Positions 38,016 to 50,447 of a DNA stretch of 64,000 nucleotides are shown here, piece by piece. The stretch is from Octopus bimaculoides (lineage: Eukaryota). The DNA is taken from contig NC_068994.1 in the NCBI RefSeq assembly GCF_001194135.2, positions 22,012,363-22,076,362 on the forward strand, given 5' to 3'. The position numbers and the translations under genes are program-made. The notes beneath the pieces are model-generated. The model saw nothing but the letters and a program-made list of their open reading frames with translations. It searched no databases and was not told the DNA's origin. The stretch's first letter is position 1. Every line of letters starts with the position of its first letter.

Positions 38016-39850
38016 TTTCTAATATCAACAACCTAAACATAAAGTCAAACAGAAACTACTTTTTTCATAGCTGGGTTTAATAAATAAAGAAGAGAGAATA
38101 TCAAGTAATCCTTAATGCAGGAGGATTGAACTCCCCAACATACTGGCAAGAATGTTACTCATTAAGGGAGGCACATTAGTCATTGAAATTGCCTCAGATA
38201 AACTTGTCAAAATTGCAAGCACTTTCCAACTCTTGATTATATGATTGATGTAATAAAGAGCTCCTAGCTTTTATACCAGTTGCACTAGTAATTTATCCAA
38301 ACATAAAGTCATGGAACAACTGTAATGGAAAGTGACATATTTTAGTTCTATATACATCTGTGGAACCAAAATTGAAAAGTATCCAAAATAATCAAAATTA
38401 AAACAAAAATTAAACAAAACATAAATTAAAAAAAAAAATCAAAATCAGTTTATTTACAATTGTATGTTGTTAATTTAACAGTTCAAAGGTTCAGATGGTT
38501 GTATGTACATGTTAATGATGGGTTAGAAAGCAGTAAAACAAAATAACAGAACTAGACAAATTGAGTCAAGTTCTTTCACAGTAACAGATGTGTAAATTAT
38601 ATGATGTTATTAAGGAAATGGATGTTAAAAAAAGCTGAAGAAAATTAAGGAAATGAAACTAGAAGAAGGCAATAAGAAAGGCAAAGAGGAATAACTAGAA
38701 AACAAAGAATAAAGCAATGAAGGATTGAAAGTAATCAAAGGAGAATTAAGCAAAGAAAATAATAAACCAGGGGAGAAAAAGGATGAAACAGAAGAAAGGG
38801 GCAATGATAAAAAAAAAGACAACAAAGAAATAAAGTGAGCATGGAAGAAAGCAAAGTGGAAAAATAGAGAAATTATACAAAAGAAGTCACAAAAAATAAA
38901 GACAGAAAGTATATCCTTGTGGTAAATACTAGACCAATTATTGGTAAAGTAGGCAAGATGCTGTGGAGATAAAAAGTTAAGTTAAAAAGCAACAAATATA
39001 AAATAATAATCTGAAAAAAATTAAAGCACAAATCCACAGAGGCATAATGGTTAATGTCAAGTGGTAGATACATAGCTCATTTGGTTTTGATTGGTTTACA
39101 TGTAAGTTCAACTTAATGTTTACATACTTCAAATATGAATATTAAAAGCCTTAGTCCTGGATTTGATTCTACTATACGGCATCTTGAGCAGGTGTCTTCT
39201 ACTTATAACCTTAAGTTGACCAATACAAGTGGAATTTGGTACACAGAAACTGCAAGAATGCCTTGTGAGTGTGTGTGTATAGATGTGTTTGTTGTCTCTA
39301 AATGCCCCATAACTGTGTCAATGAAAAGAGATCAATAAAATTTAGTACAATTTTGAAATAGTACTGAAATTCATATGATCAGCTACCTTAGCCAAGTCCA
39401 AGACTGCATACACTAAAAATAGCCATAAGTTACTAATCTCCCAGTGGACAGAACATGAGTGTTCCTTTTCTGATGAAAGTCTAACAGAACTGGAAACCTG
39501 TGTAATACAGTCCCACTTTTTCAGATTATGGAAAGATAAATCCTATGATTTAACTACTTTATTTGAAAAACTTATATGTTTATTGAATTATGTATACCTT
39601 ACATTCACATTAACCAAGCACTGTTGAGTACATTATAATTCATTAATTCATCTTATCAGGGCTGTTATTCAAATTAGATTGTCATGTTCACCTGAGTCTT
39701 AGAATACACCATAAATAGCTATAAGTTATTCATCACTATCTGATAATACAATAGGCATTCTTTCTCTAATGAGTGCCATCATTTGTCTTCCCTTTTTTTT
39801 GCCCTTTCACAGCATACAGTGTATCACGTCTTCCTCTTCCTATATAGGTT

Positions 39851-39884
<34 letters not shown>

Positions 39885-41419
39885 CAAATAGTAAAAGAGT
39901 ATATGCATATATACGTACAGGTATGTGCATACCTACGTCTACCTGTATATATAGGTGCATATCTGGGTACAGGACATTGCAAACAAAACGTAGACAAAAA
40001 AATAATAATAACCAGAGTACAGAACACACACAGTCCAATTTCAGCAGATTTTACCAATCAGTTTTGTACATGTGTATTTGGAAAAACTAACGTCAGCACT
40101 TAGGAAAAGTAAAGTGGGGCTTGTGGCTACTGGAGGTTAGAAAGTATCACATTTGATTTGCAAGTATCATGAAAAATATGCAGAGTAAGAAATATGGGAG
40201 AAAACATAGAGGGAAATTTTGTTCTCTAGAGTTTTGTCCCTTGGATACGATCAGATGGGCAGTTTCACCATGGTGTATGAGGAAATTACCTGTAGAAGTG
40301 ATTTTGGGCTGGCACAAGGGTGGGATGGGTTTGATGTATTGTTGTGGGATGTAAGGATGGGGAAAGTGTCACTTTAAACATCATGTATTGGTGTGCACGT
40401 GTGAGTGTATGTGTAGGTTTGTATGTAATGAAGTGGGGTGCAGCAAACCTTGCACCAAATCCTTGGATGGTGATGAGGAGATATTCTGATTTTGGAAGCT
40501 CTAGTATTTATTATTTATGATGCAGTTCATCAGTATCCAGTTTGTTTGCCAATTTGTGTTCAGGAGAACAAAGAACTATATACCCATAAATATACACACG
40601 TATATACATATGTACATACATAGGTACATACATACATATATTTATATAACATACACATGTGTGTTGTAGCACAGAAGAAGCCTTTTTTTTAAGGTAAAAG
40701 AAATACTTTGAAAATTACCTTGCATCTTCCATGATGCAAGTTGAAAAACTTTAGCAGTGTTCTTAGAGTTAAATAAAATCAGCCCCTTACAAAGATTTAT
40801 TATTTGTAATATAGATAAAATCAAAAGACAAAGAATGTATACACAACCCATTCTATACATAGAAAAGGAGTATTATTTTCAAGCTTTCTATTTCTTTCAC
40901 AGATTCTTTATTAAAAATTATTATACAACAACTGATAAATGACTTGTGTTGATCGCTGAATGTTGCCTACACATGGGATAGTTGGTGGCAGTTGTAGTTG
41001 GTGGGGATAGGTAGTCAGCATTGGCATGTGTGGTATGATCACCATGGTATGTCACATGAAAAATTGCAGGACAGTTGAAATGAAAAGCATAGCAATGTGT
41101 ACTACAGTAATAACCAGCAGTAAACCACCAGATTGGTGGCCATTGTCTGGTGATTTCACACAATGATTGCTCTGCTGGATTGTCTATCAATTTTGTCTGA
41201 TAACTGGCTTTTATTGAGTGCCCACTGGGCGCTGCCAGATCATGTGGATGGGGCTTTGGTAAATATTAAAAAATATTTTCCTAGAATTACATTACCAAAT
41301 TCTGAGTGCATCCTCCAAAATGCAGCATTTATCATGCTGCATTTTGATTTATTAAAATATTGTATATATCATCATCATCGTCGTTTAACATCCGCTTTCC
41401 ATGCTAGCATGAGTGGGAA

Positions 41420-41765
41420 TATATTTTACTTGTTTCATTAATTGGACTGCAGTCATGCTGGGGCACTACCTTGAAGTATTTTCAGTCAAATGGATCATCC
41501 CCAGGGCTTTTTTTTTTTTTTTAGGCCAGATACTTATTCCATCAGTCTCTTTTGCTGAACAGCTAAGCTATGGGGGCATGAACACACTAACAGTGGTTGT
41601 CAAGTGGTGGTAGTAATGGTGGTTGTGGGGGGAGACACACACACACACATTGTGGACTTCTTTTAGTTTCTGTCAACCAAATCCACTCACAAGACATTGG
41701 TCAGCACCTTTGCCCAAGGTGCCAAGCAATGGGACTGAACCTGGCTTGAACTATGTGGTCAGGAA
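41420..41765 (+). mobile_element. SINE family B copy (intronic)
   Basis: TTTTACTTGTTTCATTAATTGGACTGCAGTCATGCTGGGGCACT..CTGAACAGCTAAGCTATGGGG..CTTTGCCCAAGGTGCCAAGCAATGGGACTGAAC. Confidence 0.72.
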
Positions 41766-41827
41766 GCAAGCATACATACATACATATATATTATTTTAAT
41801 AGACACGTTTTAATAGACATGTTTTTA

Positions 41828-41884
41828 TGTGCTACTAATAGTTTCATATGTTGAGAAATACCTCAAACATATTCATCAGGCACA
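41828..41884 (-). ncRNA. Type I hammerhead ribozyme, intact core
   Basis: tgtgc-CTGATGA-atatgtt..aacatat-GAAAC-tatta-GTA-gcaca: 5-bp stem I, at least 7-bp stem II, minimal stem III, GUA cleavage triplet (cut between 41833 and 41832). Confidence 0.8.
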
Positions 41885-43052
41885 AACCACACATCATAAT
41901 GAACTAAAAATTGAATGAGAAAGGTTAAGAAGGAAGCATGTAGAAAACGTGGAAGGTTAAAAAACGGAAAATGAAAACTGGAATACAAAAAAATGGAAGA
42001 CAAAAGAGTAAAAAGTAGAAATGGTAAGAGAGTTATCCTCCTTAGACTTTAAATTATAAGGCTGGAATGGAAAGATGTCAACCAGTTAATCAGGTACAGG
42101 TGGAATTTTTCAATTCTTCAAAATGTACTTAGGCATATGTTTGCAACCACAGAAAATTTCAGACCTAGAATTCAGTAGCCAGGGATCTTAGATCTGAAAA
42201 GAATCTGAGCTCTTTCAGCTGAACATAGCTTGCATTTATTTGATCCATTAACATAAGGTGTGGAATTTTCAGTTATTTCCCACTTAATCACATGTGCTAT
42301 TGTATTAGATTTCAAACTACATATATATAACTAGTCAACTTAGTATCTCTGTTTTTGTCCTTATGTTGGAAGGAGGCTATGTGATCGGCATAGTGATTTT
42401 TAAATTCTCTTTCACATAATCCAATATAGGTCTTCTTATCCATTGTATTATCATCTGGCATTGCAGTAACTTCTGCCTCATATGATAGATTTAATCATAC
42501 ATCGTTGGTCAAGTGGACCAGATCTTGAGTCTTGGTATTGACCTCGTTTAGGTTTATGGTACTGACCTTGTGTAATGATACTCTTCATATTGGAGCAGCA
42601 GCTATATGATAATTTCAAAGAACGCCTATTAAATATTTTCCTGTATCTGTGAGTTACTGGAAAGTGTTTGTCTAGGAGAGACAAGAATTTATTTTCCTAT
42701 CTTAGTTTATATGTTTAGGGAAAAGGGAAGGATGAACCAAATAATTTTTCATGGCCTATATTTAGGTCTATTATTATTATTCTGATTAATATTAGAGGGA
42801 ATATATATTAATTTATCTGTGCCTAAGTACATTTTGAAGAATTAGAAAAATTTCGCCTATACCTGATTAACTTGTTGATATCTTTCAATTCTAACCTTAT
42901 AATTTAAAGTTTAAGGAGTATAAATCTTTTATTATTTTAACTCTTTTGTTTTCCGTTTTTCATTTTCTGTTTTTTAACATTCCATATGCGTCCTTCTCAA
43001 TATTTCGTGTTTCTTCTCTCATTCAATTTTTAGTTCATTAGGATATGTAGTT

Positions 43053-43109
43053 TGTGCCTGATGAATATGTTTGAGGTATTACTAAACATATGAAATTATT
43101 AGTAGCACA
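43053..43109 (+). ncRNA. Type I hammerhead ribozyme, second copy (15.2 C>U, giving a U-G pair)
   Basis: tgtgc-CTGATGA-atatgttt..aaacatat-GAAAT-tatta-GTA-gcaca. Confidence 0.68.
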
Positions 43110-43529
43110 TAAAAACATGTCTATTAAATAATATTTATCTCTCATCAGATGGAGTACATTTTTTGTTGATCTTACCATCACGGAACAGTAAAATATTTAT
43201 AAATATATAAATATATACATGAGTAACAGTAGAGATACAGGTGTCAATCCATTGACACCTCTACCGTTACTCATATTTATTCACCTGTCTTGGAATATGC
43301 CCTTCATAAGTATTATGGACCATATATTTAATATAATGTACATGTCTAAATAGCTCAAGAGTGGATTTTCTCACACAGCTGGGTCTAATTGTTTACATAC
43401 AATGCAAGAATATCTTTCGGCCAGTACTTATTTACCAAGTTTGATATTTACATAATATTGTTGTGTGTGTGTACTATTCCGACCTAATGAGGCGCCTCAG
43501 TTTAAGGACCTAATTCAACTGAATCTTAC

Positions 43530-43575
<46 letters not shown>

Positions 43576-44199
43576 CACACACACACACACACACATACAC
43601 ATATATATGCCTGACACAACATATATTACAAAATCTAAGAAAAAATATTTAATGTAGTTAAAAGACAGACTTGACCAGTTTTGAAACCTTCAGTAGTCAA
43701 TATAGAGACACAAATCTTATTTATTGTGCATGGAGAAAATGAAAGATAATCTTGAAATGTTTCATAGATAGTTGGATACTCATCAGAGTATCAAATACAA
43801 TACACAAGTGAACTGCAAAGGCTAGAGTATATCAGAAAATTTCTCTTCAAACAGGAAAGTAATGAGCATCCCGACATGTTTCATTACTATTTGGCTACTC
43901 ATTAAAGGAGCACCAACCACCATCTGTTCACAGCAAAATTACAGCAATTGTTATGATAACCTGGTTACTTTATATGTGTATTCATCAGAATAATTACAAA
44001 AAAAAAAAAATCAATTAATATTTGTATTTGTCTCTGTATATATGTATACACATGCTAACATACATTTGTATCTGTAATGCGATGAATGTATGCTAATATA
44101 TGAGTATGTATGTATGCACATATAACTATATATATAGGTGAGCACAAGTGTGTACGTATGCTGCTATATGTATATATAAACGTAATAGAGGACAATAGA

Positions 44200-44442
44200 G
44201 GACAATAAAACATTCAGACAGATAGACGATAAAAAGGCGGACAGGAGAAACAACAATTAGAAGGACATGGAAAATAAGGACAGGTCATTTGTGGCCTTCT
44301 TTCTTCGAAATTGTAAGGACATCTGGTAACCTAACTGAAGAAAGACGGCCATGAATGACCTGTCTTCTTTTTCCTGTACTTCTAATTGTTGTTTCTCCTG
44401 TCCGCCTTTGTATCGTCTATCTGTCCGAATGTTTTATTGTCC
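44200..44442. repeat. About 105-bp imperfect inverted repeat with a 30-nt spacer (MITE-like hairpin)
   Basis: 44200-44306 is the reverse complement of 44337-44442; AT-rich microsatellite on both sides. Confidence 0.85.
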
Positions 44443-44443
44443 G

Positions 44444-44498
<55 letters not shown>

Positions 44499-45092
44499 TA
44501 TATAGTTTTTTATGACTGCCTCACATGTATGGCCCACGCTACTAAAAGTTTCATGCACATAGAACCCATGTACATTCTTCAGGCAGCAGCCATACCATCA
44601 GACTTAAACAGTTTAAATACATCATTAAGAACATTTCCCCACTTTAGAGACCACAATGTGTCTCCTCAGTTAAAACTACCCCTGAACCAATGAATTAACA
44701 AGAGTACAGGCTCTTGTTTACAAAATAAGCAAACAAATTATTTGCTGGTGCATGCTGATCCCTGCCAAACTGATAATAATTCAGAGTGCATGGAGAATAG
44801 TAAGAAACCAAACAATAACTTATCTAATAATTCTCAATATGTTCTGGCAGATTTGAACATGAAGATGGTCTTCATTGTTGTATTTTGTCATTGGAGAATG
44901 TCTCTCTTTAAACAATGGGTCCTCATAACACATGCGATGCACTGATTTAGTTCCCTCTGTCACTTTCACATCCACTAAACTTTAAATAACATGGAGAACT
45001 AAGTCAACTCAGTACTCAATAAATATAACTCCCACTATATGTGGTGAGAACTATTTTCATTTGTTTGCTCACTCACACGCACATATATAGTA

Positions 45093-45300
45093 CAGTAATC
45101 CCTTGACTATTGTGGGTGTTATGTTCCAAAGTCCCCCACGATAGGTGAAAATCCGCGAAATAGAAACAGTACTAAACTGTATATTTTTTTTATTACTTTT
45201 ATAATTTGTATATATTTATTTTATTATAAATGCAAAACAACACCACAGAGGAATCAAAGTAAGCTTAAATAATAAACTGCGATATGGCGAGGAATTACTG
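45093..45300. mobile_element. pogo/Tigger-type MITE, 208 bp
   Basis: TA|CAGTAATCCCTTGACTAT ... ATATGGCGAGGAATTACTG|TA: imperfect TIRs and TA target duplication. Confidence 0.8.
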
Positions 45301-45829
45301 TATACACACACACACACACACATATATATACATACACATAGACATGGATCATAAGTAGTATGTAATATTTGAGATTTGGCAGCTATTTCTAACACATAAA
45401 TAAATATATGTACTATAAAACATTTCTATAGCTTTTGTTTTGCTTTTGGTGAACATTATGTCAGAATATATGAGCAAACAAAACAGAGCAACTGTTCTAT
45501 GTATGTTCCATCTCTCTTAAGGAGTTTTTGTCAGCAGCAGTGTACAACTTTTAACTTTTCACAAACATATTTTTTAAAACAACAGCTATCAGAAGTTAAA
45601 AAAGTAAATTTGATGAACATATTTGCATATTTAACACTTTCATAGCAGAAAGATCAAACATTAAATTACTGGAATGTTAACAATGCTTTGTTTCATTGCT
45701 ACAATATACTATAGAAGGTATTGGTACTTCTTTTTTTCTTTCTTAGTCAACTTTGAAACTCTGTTAGTTATCTATCTATCACACACACATTGGGATATTT
45801 GTCCTAGATATTTTAAAAAGATGTAGACA

Positions 45830-46650
45830 CTCCCACAATTCAGCTGCCTGGCAATCTCAAGTCATATGAATAATCATGTCGTTGATAAATTCAAGAAGAA
45901 TCTGATAAACATCTTGAAAGAGTCTAGCCTAAAGATATCTTTTACTACCAACTTAACAAAGGTTGATTTCCTAGGCATAACCAGACTCATGACCCCTATA
46001 AAGAGCCCAACAAAGAAACTGATTATGTTTAGACATTCCAACCCCACCACCAGTTGTAATCAGAAACTTAGTCACAGGTATCAGCAGAAGGATCTTCAAT
46101 TTATTGGCAGAAAGGGAGAGATTCAACAGGGCTTCAACCCATTATAATGAGTTGCAAGTTAGTGTATATGTAGAATACCCTGATCCACCCAACCCACCCA
46201 CAAATCAGAAGAGAGAAGAGAAAGGTAATCTCGTTGATCCTCCATTCAACCTAGATGTTTCTACCAATATAGCTGGGAGCTTCCCAATGCTAAGTAGGCA
46301 ACATTCTCCAAGAACCCTAAGATATAAACTTTTTAATTACCTTAATGTCATGAAAACCTCCTCCTTTCTGTTCCACTTCATCTAGAGACTCAGATACCAG
46401 AGAAATTACTTCTGCAACATCATATGAAGCATTCTTGATGAGGTCCTCTCCTAACTCACCCAGACTTCATAACTGCTAACTCCACCTCCATAGGATTTCA
46501 TATATTACCAGCTTGCAGAATCCATCGAAAACCAACTTATCCTATTGTTGTCACCACAAGTGTATCTTGTTAATGAACTTCAAGTCATTGGCCATTGATA
46601 GCCAGCATATAACACCCTAGGTCTAGCTGGCAGAATACACAATCCTGCTT
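45830..46650 (+). mobile_element. Penelope-like fragment (RT C-terminus), same type as 10540-11600
   Basis: VDKFKKNLINILKESSLKISFTTNLTKVDFLGIT; FNRASTHYNE; PPFNLDVSTNIA..F; shared 3' motif CACCCTAGG(T/C)CTAGCTGGC. Confidence 0.8.
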
Positions 46651-47218
46651 GCTTGTAGAGATAATATCTTACTATCAGCAGATGATGCTGGTCATGTAAA
46701 CTCATATTTAATCTTACACCATAAAACCTTTCCAATGAAATGTCACACCATACAGAATAACTAACTGTCACTAACATTCTGTTTTATCACATATGGCATC
46801 CAATAAAAGAAATTATGTTAAGATTATAAAAACACCCATATCACTTGAACTGACTAATGGAGACCTAAATGCTCTCATTCACAAGCAATTTTAAAATCCT
46901 CAAACCACACCTACTGTCTTATGTCTGCACATATGTATTTTCGATCTAAGAAAGGAAACCTCTACATGATAGATATGATCAAAATAGTAGTTAAATCTCC
47001 TTCATATCACATCCTACTGTTGTGTATGTGTATGAGCCAACAAAAGAGACCTCTATATGGTAGTTTGAGCTGAAAGTGTTAAACAACATCTATCTCTAAC
47101 CAATCAAAGCTATGCATTTTGAGACAGTGAGAATTAAAATGCCTTGGCCATTGACACTGGTAACAAAGATATATTAGTTGGTAATTATACACTTTAATAA
47201 ACACACATACTGAATTAC

Positions 47219-47570
47219 CTTAGCTGAAGCAGTTTTCATGTCCTTGAAAGTATTTCTGCGTTTTGGAGCTGGAGCATAGATACGGCTATAATGGCTATCA
47301 TTCTCATCCGAATCATCATTGTCATCAGAAAACTCATCACTTTCATAGTCATTTTGGTAACTTGGGGCATTTGGTTTAGCATCCATATCAACAGAAATAA
47401 TGTGGCTATCACCAACACTAGTCACTGGACTTTTGAGCAAATTGCTCACATCAGATAAGTTGTTGACTGTTTCTACAGTTCCAGAGGCAAGATTATCCAG
47501 TCTGTCTTGGACATTTCTTTCAGCCAACTGAAGGCATGTGGCAGGAGCCCAACCAGCTTTCTCATTTATG
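47219..47570 (-). CDS. SH3PXD2-like: Tks4/5-like adaptor internal exon: end of SH3 #2 plus an acidic, Tyr-containing linker
   Basis: Acceptor ttttcatag|C (phase 2, completes Ser from the previous exon): INEKAGWAPATCLQ..; donor AAG|gtaatt (phase 0); 352 nt, open. Confidence 0.88.
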
Positions 47571-48821
47571 CTATGAAAAGACATGAGAAAAAGAAAAATC
47601 ATTATTATTTGTTTTGAGTAGATACAAAATGGAATACAGTCTACTATGCTTCTCAGAAATGTCTACCAATTAGCATTGATGTCAAAGTAAGTATACATGT
47701 TATCAAGATGTTCATTACATATTTTTATTATCAAATATTGGGTATCTTGTACAATAATGATATCTTACAACAATAGAAAGCCATAAGTTTGGGAATAATT
47801 GATTATATTGACCATGATACAAGGCTGGTACCTATTTTCTTGACCTCCATCATAAAATTTTTAACATTATAAAATATATCCATTTTAAAAAGCAAAGGCA
47901 ACCTCAGTGAAATTTGAACTCAAAATGTAAAAAAGCTGAAAGAAAATGTTGCTAAGTATTTTGTTCAATACTTTAACAATTCTCCCAATCTACTCCCTTA
48001 TAATAATAACAACAACAACAGCAGCAGTAATTTCTTTTTCTTATTTGCTCTAATGAAAATGGATAGGTGGACATTACAAGGATTAGTTACAAAACTCTAT
48101 CAAAAGTTTTAAGTATTGAATGAATAAGAGATCCCCTAAAGCCTGGTTTATTAACCACCCTATTAATCTTATATCTTATAAGATGAAAGCTGTTGGGAAT
48201 CACACAGGTCGGTGCACTCCCAACCACATTATGATGGACAAGTTTTCACCTTTCTATGTACAACTTGGCCAAATTTTACATTTTTCTTTCAACAGAGTTA
48301 CAATGCAGAAATTATCAAAACTTTGCTTATGTCTACCTTTGTCACCACTTCCAAGCTAACACAACAGGGAATGTTCAGTCTGCCAAGACAGGGTTGAACA
48401 AGTCTGGTATACATCCATAGAGTTTGTAGAGTAGACCACCCAAACTATGTAGTTAGCTCCTTCTACAAACTACTCACTATTAGCAATGACTCAGAAGCAG
48501 TTATTGTCATCTTTCAACATTCCACCCTTTCTGTAACAGGATACTGTAGTAGGTACTGAAGTCCACGGTCTCTGTATACCTGCCTGAAATTCAATCACAT
48601 GTATCACTTATGGCCCATCAAAAACCTAATTGTAATTTTGTTGCCATGATGGATTTGGGTGACTCTGTATTTATTAAATGGGATTACACAATTCAAATCA
48701 AATCATATTGTGATGACGGAACAGATGATAAAAACTTAGGGGTGACTGATAGACTAAATATGTACTGCTTGCTGAGAGAAAGAGAGGCTAAAGGAGAGAG
48801 AGCGAGCTTAAATACATAGAC

Positions 48822-49708
48822 TATGAAGGGGTAAAAAAAAAAGAAGAAACTGGAATTTTTTTGTAATATTATTCTATTCAAATAGTTTTACATTTTTTAT
48901 ACTTTTATCACCTTCAAAGTATTCTCCATTTGAAGCAATGCATTGGTCCAGACGTTTTCTATTGTTTGAATCGGTGCTGGAACTCTTGTGAAGTGATTCC
49001 TTTTCATGCCTCCATCATTTTTTTATTCACCTCTTCCACATCTGCAAATTCCATAGCACCAGCTTTCGTCACCAGTGATGACCTTCGAAAAAAGATTCAG
49101 ATCGTTTCCAGTTGTTCTTTCAGTTCATGACACACATTCAGTTGTGACTGCTTTTGATCTTCTATGAGCAAGTGAGGCACAAATTTTGCTGCAACTCTTT
49201 TCATTCACAATTCCTTGTTCAAAATTCGTTGGCAGGAGCTTCAGAACAAACTCACTGTTTGATGATGGTCCTCCAAGATCAGTTTGTGAATTTTCAATAT
49301 GATTTCATTCATTTGGGAGGTCGATGGATGCCTAAACGAGGTTGGTCTTCAAGCAACAAGTGACCATTCCTAAAGTGTGAAAACCACTTGTAAACTTATG
49401 TTTTGCTCATGGCAGCATCCTTGTAAGCTGTTAGAAGCACGACAACTGTTTCGGCTGCTGTTTTCCCAGCAGAAAACAGAATTTCACAAAAGCAGACTGC
49501 TTCCCCATTTCAGTCATTTCAAAAAAAGGGGAGAAGCACGGTAAAGCAAAGACACACCACATGGCAGTACAACTTCACCCGATGCTGCTGGTCTGCATAC
49601 TGATAGCTGAGGGTTGCATCAAGTGGCTTTTAGCAGCAGAAACCTGAATTACAACGGGCTTGTCCCACAGTTAACGTTTCCAGTTACTTTTGGGTACCCC
49701 CTCCAATA
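48822..49708 (-). mobile_element. Internally deleted mariner (second family)
   Basis: Q.A.VKFCFLLGKTAAET..AYKDAAMS..VYKWFS.F.NG HTH; KRVAAKFVPHLL; the catalytic core is missing (TGD-like segment jumps to FADVEEV). Degenerate TIRs resemble TAYGAGGGGGTACCCAAAAGTAACTGGAA. Confidence 0.8.
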
Positions 49709-50329
49709 TGATTACACAGTAATAAATCCAAACTTTGCTACAGCCATTGCATCCATGTATTGCTTGTTTTTCAGTCAGCCAGAGACAAGTGTCACCCATG
49801 CCACTTCATAATCAAGTAGTTAACAGTAGGGAAGATCAGACCTATATCCAGCAACTGCATTAGAACACTGTGGAGAAACTTGCTCTAATAAACAATTTGT
49901 AAATAAGTAAATAAGTGCATGATGCTAAGGAGGACAAAGAAAAATTAATCAAATATAACTTATATGTGCATTGTTGGTTTTTATATAAATAGCAGATTAC
50001 AAGTGAACAGTGGGGGCAGTTGTGTATGCAGGAAACACAGATGCACTGGTATTATATGATGTAAATGAGTGCTGACAGTAGGAAGCACCAGCAGCACTGA
50101 AAGATTAAATAAGATATGGGAAGAAGATCTTAGGATGTAAGGCTTTATGGAAAAGATGACAAAGAATTAAGATGAGTGATAATATGACATTTAGCAAACT
50201 TTTATTCATGTCAGCACATTAAAAATGGATATTAAAACAATGACAACATCAATTTTAATAATGACGATGATCATTTATAATAAAAAATATAAATATAAAT
50301 CATTTTATGTTTTCCTTGCTAGCACTCAC

Positions 50330-50447
50330 CTGACCCACCACCATCCATCGAGATTCTTCTGGATGAGCTCCACTATTACCCCAACTCTCAAGGAATGGTC
50401 ATCAGGACCCTCAGGTTCAAATGCTTCTATACAGACATATTTCTCTC
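50330..50447 (-). CDS. SH3PXD2-like: Tks4/5-like adaptor exon: first part of SH3 #2
   Basis: ctctattgtag|GA GAG..GTC AG|gtgagt; EKYVCIEAFEPEGPDDHSLRVGVIVELIQKNLDGWWWV; 118 nt, phases 1/2 fit the neighbours. Not in the ORF track. Confidence 0.9.

Larger units (their letters stand above)
41809..43128 (-). mobile_element. Penelope-like element: 3' ORF fragment flanked by inverted pseudo-LTRs (41809-42135 and 42820-43128)
   Basis: ORF remnant 42112-42690: SLLDKHFPVTHRYRKIFNRRSLKLSYSC; IIYEAEVT..KTYIGLCEREFK (GIY-YIG); IKWEI..PY..KCKLC..LLNSRSEI..CKH. The flanks are reverse complements of each other. Confidence 0.88.

Noticed and set aside
44290-44350. Type II hammerhead in the hairpin loop
   Set aside because: Five extra nucleotides between stem II and GAAA, and no valid stem I or stem III
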